A stretch of 56,554 bases of DNA, filler included, from Sphacelaria rigidula (lineage: Eukaryota): the NCBI GenBank assembly GCA_964200075.2. It is 5 parts of 5 records of this genome, joined end to end, with 100 filler letters (N's around TTAATTAATTAA, not from the genome) between each part and the next. Parts side by side here need not be neighbours in the genome. Positions count along the whole stretch, not along the records: positions 33,994 to 45,224 come from CAXNAA020005198.1; positions 45,325 to 56,554 come from CAXNAA020005199.1; 3 more parts are not named here. One strand, written 5' to 3'. Position numbers and translations under genes: made by a program. Numbering within the stretch: position 1 is the first letter of the stretch; every line of letters starts with the position of its first letter. A model generated the notes under the pieces. It was not told where the DNA came from, ran no database searches, and saw only the letters and a list, made by a program, of their open reading frames with translations. This document shows, in pieces, positions 37,800-49,711 of the stretch.

Positions 37800-39877
37800 T
37801 AACTGGTCAAAATATTCTGCTCTCAGTCGCACGTGCTCGTTGGCCACTGGTCTTGAGAGGCTGTCTGCCTCTGAGTTCGTCTTTGAGTCTACCCATCGTA
37901 ACGTGAGTGTCAAGTCGTGTCTGACTTGCATCCAGAAGAGCTGTTGGATGAGGGTGTGCATGCGTTCATCCCTGGCTTTACTTTTCTTGAAGGCGTGGTA
38001 CATGGATTTGTTGTCGACATCTATCGACAGACTAGTCCCCGCCACTTGATCAGCTTGCTCTAAGCAGAACAGTCTGAGGACCTCGTGCAGTGCGAACGTT
38101 TCCTTGACATTGGTGTGTGCTGTCACCCATTCGGCGGGAAAATCGGCGGCCGCTGTAAAGGCGACGCCAGAGGGGCCTCGAACAATGCCCCCCCATGCAA
38201 GTGAGGAGGCATCTGTGGCGCTGTTTATGACGATGATGTGGTGACTAGGGCTGTACCAGGCCGCCCCATTCATGTTGTCTCGGAGTTTCCGCCATGTAGC
38301 TCTCTCGTTCCGAAGACCACCATTGACAGAGAGCGCTACCGTTGCTGTGATATGTTGTCCTCCCGTCTTTCTGTATATCACGATCTGTTTGTACATGTGA
38401 AACGTGTACAAGCTGGCTGGTGGCACTGCAACTGACATGCTTGTGCACTTCCCCGCCAACTTCTCAAGCATGGTGAACGTGATGGTTCCGGTAGCAAGGG
38501 CGTCGTCTAAGATGCGCTCTAACTTGACGAGCTTATCTTCGGGGACTTCGAACCAGCAGTTGTCTGTGTCGCACAGAATTCCCAAGAACACAATTTTCGT
38601 AGTGGGTTCTAGCTGGCATTTCGAGATGGACATGAAGTATACACAGTGATAAAAGACTGACAGCGCCAGGAGGGCTGCTGAGCTTGCTGCCTGTTTCTGC
38701 GTGTTATGTGGGTCATGTTTTGTCGAGCGGACTCCCGTCAGCCAGAAATTGTCGATCCCCGCCAGTACTGGTACATGTCGGGATCGTAGGTGTTGTGCCA
38801 CCGCCTCGCTCAGGGTGTGGTAGATATAGGGGAACTGCACCAACCAAAACAGAGGACAGTCCAGACGTAATATTCGCCCTTCCACTCAAAAACGAAGTAT
38901 TCCCATGATGTGGGGTCGAGGGGCACATGGTGAAAACCTGATTTGTGGTCCATCGTAACCTGGTAAACGCCTTGCCACGAGCATTGGGCCACCTTTCCTA
39001 CTCCGTCTATCTTAAACGGCATATCCTTGAACATGAGGTTCAGCCAACGGCCGTCCTAGATTAATCGTGGTTTCGACGGTTCTACTCCGAGCGGGAGAGA
39101 CATGCGTGGCTTGGGTTGTGTGTGAGCGTCTGCTATCTCCACCCATCGCACCGCGCAGCCTTTATCGACAAGTTTTCTGATGGCGCAGTCGACAAACAGT
39201 TCGTGTTCTGGATTCACGTGGTTGGGTAACTCCACACCCGTGAGGTCGGCGCCGTGAAAGGGGCGTCCTTGGAAACTTCTTGTCGTTGATTTGTCGACGA
39301 ATGTGTGTATGTCTACACCGTTAATCCACGACAATAACAAGTCGGGTTGCATGTGGTCCTTTAGAATGACCTCTTTCCAGAACGGGACTGCCGTGCTCAG
39401 ATGTCCTGTAAAAAAGTCTTTGTCGTTGTATACGGGAGCTTGTCGTGGGGCTTGGGGCGGTTCTCCTGATTCCCAGCCTTCCTGGATCTGGTTCGCAGAG
39501 GGATCCTGGATCATGCACTCGCTATGGGCTAAAGCTTGAGTGCCTTGTATATCCGTTTGGTCCGTACGAAAATATGTATGCACCGCGTTCGTACGTCTGG
39601 ATCTTTCTGCCAGAAAAGCTATCAGGCCTGGTTGGTCCTGTAGACGCGTATAGCATACAACCGAATACAAAATCGTTGGACGGACGTGTCGTGTATGTAT
39701 AGATGTTTTGGACCAAACAGATATTTCACTGTTTTTTTTTTCCCAAAGCGAGCGCTTCCACGTATCCCACTGCGCACCAGAGTCCAAGCCACGAGTGAAA
39801 GCAAGGTTCAAAGGGTTGCAGGCGGGGCATTGGGACTGCGTTATGTCGAATGATGACGTTTTCAGATCATCCGGCAC
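37800..39877 (-). pseudogene. DIRS-type reverse transcriptase and RNase H
   Basis: PLGVEPSKPRLI, MDHKSGFHHVPL, YYVWTVLCFGWCSSP, AGIDNFWL (decayed xxDD), KIVFLGI; RNase H ATDAS..WGG, HTNVKE, DVDN, WVDSKTNSEADSLSR. Broken by stops and frameshifts. Confidence 0.93.
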
Positions 39878-40368
39878 TCATTTTATCTTGAGGGTGAACA
39901 TGACTCTTTGGGGTCAACTGTAGTGGACTGGGTTACCGCGGCTTAGTATTCTTTTTAGTACACATAGGATACAGAGGACATAAGCAAGCTGCGCGGGGTG
40001 TGGTGTTTCGAGAGGAGAGTGTGTAATGTTTGTCTGTTGCGGGGAAAAGTAAAACTCTCGCTCGGGTATTCTGCAATCCAGCGGTGGGTTCGGCCTGTCG
40101 CCGAACCGGGCTCCATCATGTGTCGCGTGGCACAAATAACCCGAGCCGATCTCGCCATCGGGGCAACAGAGCAGCAAAGAGTATTCAATTCATGTTTATT
40201 TCGTCTCTTGAAAACGGTACGCAAGATATGTCTTGCCTATTAACCTATGAAACAGGACATGTGCAGGCTGGAGTCGGCACGTTCCTAGTGTCCTGTGGCG
40301 GAAGCTACCGCAACCAGGGTGTGGTAACCCTATACTATCTTCAAAAATTAGACTTCAATTCTACCATA

Positions 40369-43300
40369 TCATCCGGGGCAGTGCTTAGCGAGGTGCCCCG
40401 GTTTCGCGCATTGCCAACAGACTGTCAGCGGGCAGTGAACATATGAATGGTTTGCGGGTTGACCCGCGTCCGTGCATTTTTGGCACTGGGGTGGTGGTCC
40501 TGAGCCCCGGTCACTGCCTCTCCCGGGACCTCCTCGGCCTCCTCCTCTACCGCCGACGCGGGTATTTCGTTGTCGCCTCCCTCCCCGCTCCCCCACCGCG
40601 TAAGGTTCACTGGGGCCGTAGTGGTGGCAGCGCCAAAAAATGGCGCCTGCTAGCAGGGCAGGCGTGGATGTATGGGGGGCGGCTGTACATGGTAAGGTGA
40701 GAGGTATTGGGTCGGCGGGCTCAGTAGAGCCCTCGACCCCCCCCCCGCACGAATGTCTGGGCACCAACCTGGGGCTGTCTCCAGGGCAGCGTGCTTGCCG
40801 CCCATGGACGTCGCGATCTCCTTTATCTCTGCTTGGAGGGCCCTGTTCGCGGCCGGCGAGCGCCGGGAGGAGGTGACGTTTGTTGAGGAGCAGGGCAGTT
40901 AACGCCGGCGAGCGCCGCGCGAGACTGTCCTCCACATCGTTGCGGAGGTTCCGCACCCACTCCATCTCGAGACGGAGTGAGGGCTGCCCCTCGGCCAGCC
41001 GCTCCATCGCAGCTAGGTGGGCGAACATGGTGTCGAGTTGATCCGTGACTTGCTTGAGGGGCGTGAAGCGTGCATCTTTAAGAGGGTGAGCGTCCGCTGC
41101 TGCTTGGTTCATCTTCAGCTCAAACTACAGTGTTGGGGATACAGCATGGGACGGGTCGGGCGAACGGGTCGTGCGGCTGTTGTTGTGCTGTCGGACTCTC
41201 AGGCTGGATCGGTCTCGCTTTCACGTAGCAGACGTGGTGGGCTAGTGTGCTCACAAATCGCGTGTATAAATGCTAAGTACTGCGCATGAGCTGTGTCACA
41301 CAGACTTGGTATGAAGGGGCTAACTGGACAGGTACGACACACGTCTGAGCGGGCGGTATGGACGTTGTGGGACCGTCAAGTATTAAGTCGGGGTTCAGCG
41401 TACTTCAGTTTGCAGGATTTCTGGCATAACATAGGGCTCTGTGGTGCTGCGTGGGTAAAACACGAGCGTGTGCTGTGCTTCGCGTCATCCCATGTGTACT
41501 GTTACGCCCCCACCTGTACAGTGTGGGCGGCGAAGAACCGGGCTGGCGTGTGTTTGTGCCGGTCCCGGGTTGTACTCGACCGGCGGCTGAAGGCCAGGCG
41601 GGCTTGTGCAGTGCCGCGATTTGGTGACACTGATACTGTTCTACGCTCCAAAGTTTACTGTATCGGCGGCGAAAGGACGAGCCGAGTGAGCGTGTACTAT
41701 GTGGTAAGGGCTGTACCGGCGTATACGTTGCGTCATCCGCACGTGTACTGTGCTAACGACCCCACCTATGCTGTGTGGGCGTCGAAGGACTGGTTGGACG
41801 TATGCTTGTGCCGGTCCCACTCTGTATACTACAGGTGGCTGAAAGCCATAAGGACTTGTGCGGTGCCGCATCTCGTCGGCGCTTGTACTGTGCTGCGCTT
41901 CCCAGTGTACTGTACCAGCGGCAAAGGGCCGAGGCGGATGGGTGTGGACTGTGCTGGGAGTACTGTACGGGCGACGGGGTCGGGTAGTTGTGAACTGTGC
42001 AGCATCCGAATCGATACTGTACTGGCCCGATCTGTACTAGATGGGCGACGGCAAACTGGACGTGTACGGAGCCTCCCCAGCCTGCCATGTACTCGTAATG
42101 GTGTACTCATCTGTGCTATCTGGGCTGCGCGTGTACGGTGCTACCTGGACTCTACAGTCCACAAGGGGTTGGGCGGGCGTGAACTGTGTTTCATCGGAAA
42201 CGACGCTGTACTGGCCTAAATCGAGATCAGATGGGTGGCATCAAGTCGGGTGGGCGTGCACGGTGCACCCCTCTGTGCATTTGCATTTGTTTTGTTTGTT
42301 TGTTTGAAAAAAAAATTTCCCTCTCGGGGCGGGGGCGGGGGCGGGGGGGGATGGGGGAGAACGAAGCAACAGCGATGTTGTCGCGAGCCGCGTTTTCAAG
42401 GCCGGCGCCTAAGTGCTGCGGTGTAGGCATCTGTACTGAGAAGAGGCACGGCGTGTGCTGACCGTAGCGCTCGTGCGCAGTAAAGGTCGCCGGTGGGGCT
42501 ATTAGACATGTGGCGGCGGGCCGGGATCAATTACCGGGGAAGTACTGAGGTTAAGTACATGCTACTCAGCAATGTGAGCGCCTCCCAGCGTATTACTGTG
42601 TAAGGTATGCTCAGGCAAAGAATATTGTGATCCGAAGGGGTTACATGGTCATGGAGAGCACGGGAGCTCCTGGGGCGGCATCGTGAGGAAGGAACGGTGC
42701 GTGCTCCATCAATAGCTACTGGCTGGCAGTACAACCAAGGGGGTGTATGAAACGGGTTACGGGTAGGTGGGGCTGTACGTGCGTGCGGAAGGAAAGGAGG
42801 GACCCGCTGTTGGAGGAACTGCGATCTGGCAACATGCGTGTGGGTGGTGAGGGTGCTGAGTGCACAACGTCGCGATTAGAAGTGGGACCAGCACCCTGTG
42901 ATATAGACGTGCGGGTGTGTTATCTCAGAGTTCTCGTGTTCCCGTACAAAGGTTGGGCACCATGCTACCTTGGGCTATCGGCTTGCGGTGTAGTTGTGCT
43001 CTGCGTACCACCTTTGCGGATTTGCGGGAGGATATACGTGCAGCTACATAGATATCACAGTATCATAGTGTACATACTGTAATTTGGTGTGAAGTGTGCG
43101 GAGAAGTAGAGCTGCCCATTTTTTCCAGTACATATGTGTACTTCCTGACTGTAGTTTTGGGTGAGCTGGGCAGGGCATAGAGCTGCACCTATATTACAGT
43201 ATAATAGTGTACTGACTCTAATTTGACGGGGCTGCTGTAGCTCATGAATGTGGTTGGTTGCTGGACAGTGGGACGCTATTCCTACGGCTGGGAGGCCTCG

Positions 43301-43997
43301 AATGTACTGTACTGAGCGTGCGTGCCGGGGAGCAAATGGAGAATCTCACCTGGCGGCGGGGGTGAATCCGCGTGAGCAATCGCTCCTCGTCGCTGTCCTC
43401 CTCCTCCCCTGCTGAGGCGGTTCCGGCTGCGCTCATGTCCGCCCTGCCGTGTGTGTTTTCTCCCGCGTCGGAGAGCTCCTGTCCAGCAAACGTTTGGCGC
43501 TTGGGTTGAGGGTCCGTCAAATCCACCGGGACATGGGAGGAGGAAGGTGGTCGAGGTGGCAGTGGAGGAGGGGGGGTCGTTGGTTGCTGTGGTAGCGGTG
43601 CCGGAGATGGGGGGAACGCGCCTGGGAAGACGAGGAAATCGCCCACTCTTTTCAACCCGCCGTGGGTAGTGCCATCGGCTACCCATAAGTGGTCGACTGC
43701 TGCTTCGAGCAAGGCTCGGGTCTGGAGGCCCCCCCGATCGTCGGGGGGAACGCTGGCTGCCATTGAGGGCTCTAAGATGGCTGCGATGTTGATTGACGTG
43801 CTTGTCGCGAGAATTTCCGCGCAGACGCACATGAGCTGGTTCATCGGCATCTCGTCCGCGGTGAGACCTATCACCGTGATCACCCTCTTTGGGTTTATGG
43901 TGGAGACGGGCCCCCGCGTCTCGTAGACTAGCTCGTGAAGAGCGTCCACGGAGAGTATCGCCTCCGGGGTGGACATGTCCAGCGTGTCGGGGACCAT
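40369..43997 (-). pseudogene. gag-like gene of the YR element; predicted exons 43350-43997 and 40369-41124
   Basis: C-terminal RGG tract plus two knuckles (CQKCTDAGQPANHSYVHC and CWQCAKPGHLAKHC). CAG|GTGAGA donor and CACTGTAG|TTT acceptor are both phase 0. Confidence 0.65.
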
Positions 43998-44097
43998 AGG
44001 TGGTAGGCGATTGGACTGTTGTATGAGTTTGTAGGTGTAGTGTGCAAGAGAAGGGGGCGAGCCCACATGCAGCGGGGCGCGCCTTCGTCGTCGGAGC

Positions 44098-44257
44098 TGT
44101 CTCAAATCGGTTCCTGCTTTCCGTGCTGTTTCTCGGTGATCAGGGATCGATGATCAATGAATAACTGGTTACGTGTGGGGCTCATATATCAATCTTACTT
44201 GACAGTCCCGTATCATAACGCCTGCGGCTTTATGTAGAACTTCCTGTCAAAAGATCC
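44098..44257 (-). repeat. 5' terminal repeat A1 of the YR element
   Basis: Direct copy of 35336-35495. Confidence 0.95.
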
Positions 44258-45224
44258 GACAGAATATTTTTAAACGTATAGCCTCTACTGTTCGTGTGTT
44301 ACAATATATTGGCGTCCCGTCGTCACGAAAAAAAAATGGAGTTCCTAACGGCGTTACTGATATGCAAATATTTATACAATGAAACAAATTAGAGTTCCCA
44401 ACGGCGTTACAGACACATACGTACGTAAGGAAGCGGAATAGCGCGCTGTGGCTGGTGCGAGTTGGGACGGACTCGAAGTAGTTTCAAAAGCTTTTCCCTC
44501 ACATAGTACGAGGTAACTGTACAAGAGTGACAGCAAAGGAGATAGATTATTTTTACAACGAAAGTTCGTATGGCTACGGTATTATCGGCATATCCTACTG
44601 CACTACCGTAGCAGCATGTACAGTACGTACCAAGTACACCGTAACGATCGACGCTTTACCGCATTCTTACGTACGCTACCGTAGTATGTATAGGGTGTAG
44701 CATGTATTATTACAATAGCTATACTAAGTATTGTTGTAAGATTACGATCATAACCGATGCCAGGTAGGATGTACAACTGAGCCGGGAATAAACATGACGT
44801 ACCATATCGCGTCGTCCTGGGTCATGTTTCCCTAGTGTCGACTCCCGCCGCCAATTCATCATCACACATCGGAGTGCGCGTCTAACACCATTCGAAGCGT
44901 TCGTGTTTATCTCACCATCAATACATTCTGAAAAATTCACCGACTACCGTTCCCCACACATGTCGCCGCATCTGCCCATCGCTGACATCACTACTATTCC
45001 ATGTATTCTTCCCGAGTTTCCACATCGGGGAATCTCAAAAGTATTTATCCATCGCCGAATTCTATATATTTTTCCCGATTGCCCTTATCACGGAATCTGA
45101 AAATCATTTACCCGACTGCCGATCCTCCAATATATATATATCGCCAAACAACAGCCGATCCTAATTTTTGGGGTTGAAACATAATATGAGGTTGAAGTCC
45201 CATCCCTCCATTGCAGGGAAGATA

Positions 45225-45324
45225 NNNNNNNNNNNNNNNNNNNNNNNNNNNNNNNNNNNNNNNNNNNNTTAATTAATTAANNNNNNNNNNNNNNNNNNNN
45301 NNNNNNNNNNNNNNNNNNNNNNNN
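45225..45324. other. Artificial contig linker
   Basis: N44-TTAATTAATTAA-N44. Confidence 0.99.
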
Positions 45325-45892
45325 TGTGTTTTTTTGTCGGTGTTGGTTGGTGGGGGGGTGGTGGGTGGGTTGGGTGTGTCGGGGCGTGGTTGGTCCGATT
45401 CCACGAAAGAATGTGCTGATAGACGCGTCAAACGACCTCAAACACTCGCGGTGCGCTTGTATTTGGGTACAAGCGGTGTAAAGCAGTAGGAATGAGCGTT
45501 ATTTATTGGGAGCTAGCGCTTTCGAACAGCTGTTGCCTGCTTTCAACGCGATTAACGTGTAATTTCGTGGGAAAAAACGGCCAAAAATACCCCCCCCTCC
45601 CTATCGTAGCGAGGTCAATGGTCTTGTGACTATGGCATGCATGATCATGAGTACACCCTATCGTAGCTTGACTCGAGGACAAATGTCTTGGCAAAAAGAA
45701 AACAGTGGTTGTATTCGTATGTCTGGAGTGGGAGTGGTATACTCCAAGACTACAAAGTTTCCACAGCTATCTTCGCCAGCAATACTCCTACACACGCGAC
45801 CATTCGGCTACCCCCACAAGAAAGAACCCTCTATCGCGATTTTCATCCTCTTGAGGATAAAATACTATACCCTCCGGATGATATTTTTGTTT

Positions 45893-45972
45893 TGTTGAGA
45901 TGTCACAGATACCACTGAGGTAAACAGTCAGCGCTGATTGTTTGGCTCAGTGGTATCTGTGGCATCTCAACA
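45893..45972. repeat. 80-bp palindromic mini-element
   Basis: TGTTGAGATGTCACAGATACCACTGAG...CAGCGCTG...CTCAGTGGTATCTGTGGCATCTCAACA. Confidence 0.9.
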
Positions 45973-46190
45973 AGAACTAATCCCGGAGCCCTTCAGGCTG
46001 TGAAGGCATCGGACTCACTTTCACCCCAGGGTTGCCATCCCTGTAACAACGCAAGCTTATCCGTGCTTCTTCTGATCGAATGACGTACTCCCTGTCTGCT
46101 CGCGTTCCGGGAGGCTTACAGCCCGAGTACCCCGAAAAGAAAGAATCGGCCCGATGGCTCAACAGCCTGAAGGGCCCAGGGGTTAGCTTT

Positions 46191-46281
46191 TGTGTAGATG
46201 TCACAGATACCACAGAGCTAAACAGCCACAGAGCTAAACAGTCTGACTGTTTAGCTCTGTGGTATCTGTGACATCTTAACA
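46191..46281. repeat. Second palindromic mini-element of the same family
   Basis: AGATGTCACAGATACCACAGAGCTAAACAG...CTGTTTAGCTCTGTGGTATCTGTGACATCT, with a small internal duplication. Confidence 0.85.
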
Positions 46282-48810
46282 TTTTCTTCCCGAGGTGCGG
46301 TCATAAACGAATAGTCTGGAGGGCATCTGATGCTCAAGTGACTTCTGAGGTATGAATCCCTCGAGAGTACAAAAAAGGTGGTGCTCTGCAAGGCCGCGCA
46401 TCCTCCAAATTCCTCCGGAGGGATGCTCGACCCTCCAGAGGCAAAACAACCCTCTGGAGGCGTTTGATCCCGCCCCTCTGGAGGCGTTTCACTCTTCTGA
46501 AGGCTCGAAAAGTTGACCGGAACAGAGTATTTTTGGGGCTAGCCGAATGGCCGCGTGTGTATTGGCTGATGAGAGCTCAGACCTTCGGGTCGAGTCTCTC
46601 TTCACCGCGAACACTTCGATGCCGACTTGGCTCGCTGAGAAAGATATTGGGCACACAGAGTGAACCCATTCACTATTTTTAGCCAACAGGAACGCGTTTC
46701 GGGTGTAAAGTCCGCAAAACTTACACCAATACGAACACGTTTTGAATGCAGCACCTTTCCCAGCTGCCGTTTTGATCAAATTTTACGTTAGTCGAGGGTA
46801 GTGGGAGAAAACGCCCCGGACCCTGGTCCCCGCCCTTGAGCGCCAAGGACCGAAGTAATATGTATATGCGTATCGTTGCGTGCTGTCATCCCACCCTCTT
46901 CCTGCGGCACTTACCTCGTTTTTCATCGCGAGAAGGGTTTATGTAGGGGCCCCTCTCCCTCGTCGCCTGTAAAGTAGCACTTTATGTACTCATCAAATAG
47001 TCACATTCCACTCTAGGGCATGGCGAGGGAAAAAATCCCAGATCGTGTGACTTCACCGAGATCGGGACCCTCGTGCCAAACGTCAGAAGGTTTCGAGGTT
47101 ATCAACTGAACCAAGAAAGCGACCGCCTCCAATGTAGATTGCTTTTCTTGATCTCGAAATGACCTTTTGCATGCGGACGAGTATAACGATCGGCAGCTCG
47201 TTACGGTGGCTGTCCGTCGTGAGAAAATGTAGCCCATGGTGGTCGCTCGATGATGATGCATTGTTGCACCACAACGATGAGTTCTGTCATCTACGATAGT
47301 ATTACGTAGCTATATCTCAAGCTCGAGGTTCGTCATATATTTGACAGTAGCGTAGTGTTGAATACACCGGGAGCCTCGAGTTTGAAATGCCTCGAGTAAA
47401 ATTGCTTGGTTGCATCCATTCAGAGGGAACCAGGACGAGAAATGATGCTTATTCCTGCCGTATCGTGCAAATTATATGCACAATACGCAGTTGATGTAGC
47501 TGATCAGCACAATCATGATGAGTGCAATGCGTGAGACCTCGAAGGCAGAATATCTGTTGAGACCATTGAAATCGGTGCATCAAGCCAGTACCAGCAATAC
47601 CAAACAACATCAGTACATATTTGCCTCCCTCCACTCTAAGATCAAGTGACCTGCCTCAGCTGTTATATTCTGGTAGCAGGTTGCTTGACTAACGTGTACT
47701 CGGTTCAAGTAACTTTCGTCAGAGGCATACTACGAAATGGGTGGGGGGGGATTTGGGGGGCGTATCTTCCGCGAAATTACACCTCATATCGCCGTTCAAA
47801 CCAGCAAAATTCATTCGAACGCGCTTGTTAGCAAGAAGATACAGTCATTCATACTGCTTGACACCGTTTTCACCCGAATACAACTACGGTCCCCTGGTTT
47901 CCATGGAAACAAACACGCCCCCCTGTTATCGTAGGATCACTCAGCTTGTCTAACATCGAGTGACGTGTGTTTCGCCCCTAATCCGTTCCAGTAGCTTGCG
48001 TCACCAGCTTCAAGTTGCCTCATCAACCAAGTATCAACTGCAAGAAGATCAAGTGGCCTGCCTCATCTAGTATAGTATCAATTGAATAGGTTCACATGTA
48101 CCCAGTTTAAATAACCTGCCCCGTCTCTGAGATCAAGTCAGTCGTTTCCTGCAGGAGTTAGTGTGGCACTACTAGCTCTAGAAACAACCGAGTATTTCCC
48201 CACCCCCTCCCCCCCCTTCTCCCCCCCTGGAGCACCGAATATGAAAGAAATGGAGTGAGAATCCGGGGTGTTTTTTATACTTCACTTGGCTAGTACGGGT
48301 GATGGGCTACAGAATACATCGTGCGTTGTCATTGGGAGTGTAAATTGCGAGCAGAATGGAGTGCTAAGCTACAAAACCGTCGGGGTGACTGGCGTTGAAG
48401 ATCAGGAGGTAATCTTATTCGAATAAGAGCTCTAGAGCTGAATCACACGAATTCAGAATGTTTTTTTTGCAGCAGGTTGTCGCTGCTGGTAGTGGCCCTT
48501 TTCGAAACAGATTCCTCCTTCTTTTAATCTCGTATATCCGGTTCCTTAGACCGTTTCTTGCGTGTGTGTTATCATCCGATCCATTCTGGACGCCATTCTA
48601 CACCTTTGGGTATATGTGAGCGCACTACCGGGGGTCACACAGGAGGAAGGTCAACTTAGCAAGAGTTTTTATTTGTATTCATCACCTAGGCCCCCAAAGT
48701 TCGGTGATCGAAATCCAAGTTTGTACACCGTGTAGTCATTGCAAATAGCTACCAGTCCGTGAAGGAACACAACTACACTCCGAAGAATTAGTGTGGATAC
48801 AAAGATTCCA

Positions 48811-49261
48811 ATTAACAGCCGATCATCGAAGTTAAGGATAGAGCTTTTCGTTGAGGATGAGAACCCGGAGGATTCAAATCTTCGTATTCGCACCAAATGT
48901 TCGACATATCGTTCCCTTTCTTCACTTGCTGACAGTTATTGGCAAGTTCTACACGTCATACAAATTTGGATTTCGATTACCAAAATGCTGGGGTCCTCGG
49001 TGAAAAACAACTTGCGGGGAATTTCGGTGATCCGACCGTTTCCCCTGAATTTCCCAAAACTGTTTCTTCATCTAGGACCCCAACATTTCGGCTATCGAAG
49101 CTCAAGTTTGTAGGGCGTGTAGCACTTCTCGATAGCTACCACTAGGTCCAGGAGTGGAGCCATTTTTCGAATATCTTGGAGCTATTATTATTATGCATAT
49201 CCTCCGGGTGCTCATCCTCAGTGAAAAACTTCATCCTCAATCTCGATGATCGGCTGTTGAT
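48811..49261. repeat. Inverted-repeat-bounded element (probable MITE)
   Basis: AACAGCCGATCATCGA...GAGGATGAGAACCCGGAGGAT versus ATCCTCCGGGTGCTCATCCTC...TCGATGATCGGCTGTT. Confidence 0.6.
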
Positions 49262-49454
49262 TCTCCGGTTCATCATCCTCAAGGATGAGCTTCATCCTCA
49301 ATTTCTTAATCTGCTGTTCATCGGCGTGTTCGGGTGATTTGGGAAGGGGATTCGCAGTCCGCGGCCGAATGACACTCGAATGTTCTTCCGCGACACTCGA
49401 ATGTTCTTTGACCTATTCAGTTGGATTCAGCTCGGGACACTGTCAAACCCATAC

Positions 49455-49711
49455 GACCAATGCTACGGTAGAGGTGCACTTTTTTCGCAAAGTTATGTCT
49501 AGTTCAGGGACTCCTAACGATTCTAGATTAACACAAAAACGGGTGAGGGCATCGCCGTTTGCAAATTTATCCGGGATATCCCCAGCACACTGGAGAAGTA
49601 ATCCTGGCGTACTTTCGCATATTTTCATAGGTAATGTTTTGCATGAGAGAAAGGGCTCCTAACAATTCTAACCTCAGAAAATATTTGTGCACCCCTACCG
49701 TAGCATCACTC
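49455..49711. mobile_element. Second copy of the Sola2-like MITE
   Basis: Colinear with 5461-5712; flanked by 4-bp TSD ATAC/ATAC. Confidence 0.88.

Larger units (their letters stand above)
35101..44257 (-). mobile_element. Tyrosine-recombinase retrotransposon (DIRS order, PAT-like split direct repeats; ALOG-YR type), full length, decayed
   Basis: A1 44098-44257, then gag, RT, RH, MT and YR, then B1 35493-35581, A2 35336-35495, spacer, B2 35101-35193. TCC occurs at both ends and at the B1/A2 junction. Confidence 0.95.
45791..46559. mobile_element. Non-autonomous CMC/EnSpm(CACTA)-like element with two nested palindromes
   Basis: TIRs CACACGCGACCATTCGGCTA and TAGCCGAATGGCCGCGTGTG, 2-bp TSD (TA), CCTCCAGAGG/CCTCTGGAGG subterminal motifs; relative at 54942-55294. 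Confidence 0.75.

Noticed and set aside
41293-42219. 308-aa + strand ORF as a host gene
   Set aside because: GTG start, antisense within the YR element, built from degenerate repeats, no recognisable domain.
49443-49628. ORF similar to sequence inside the Gypsy gag (ICESTPGL..QCA.DIP), first read as a second gag copy
   Set aside because: The similarity is bounded by TIRs and 4-bp TSDs; both are copies of a MITE, not gag.
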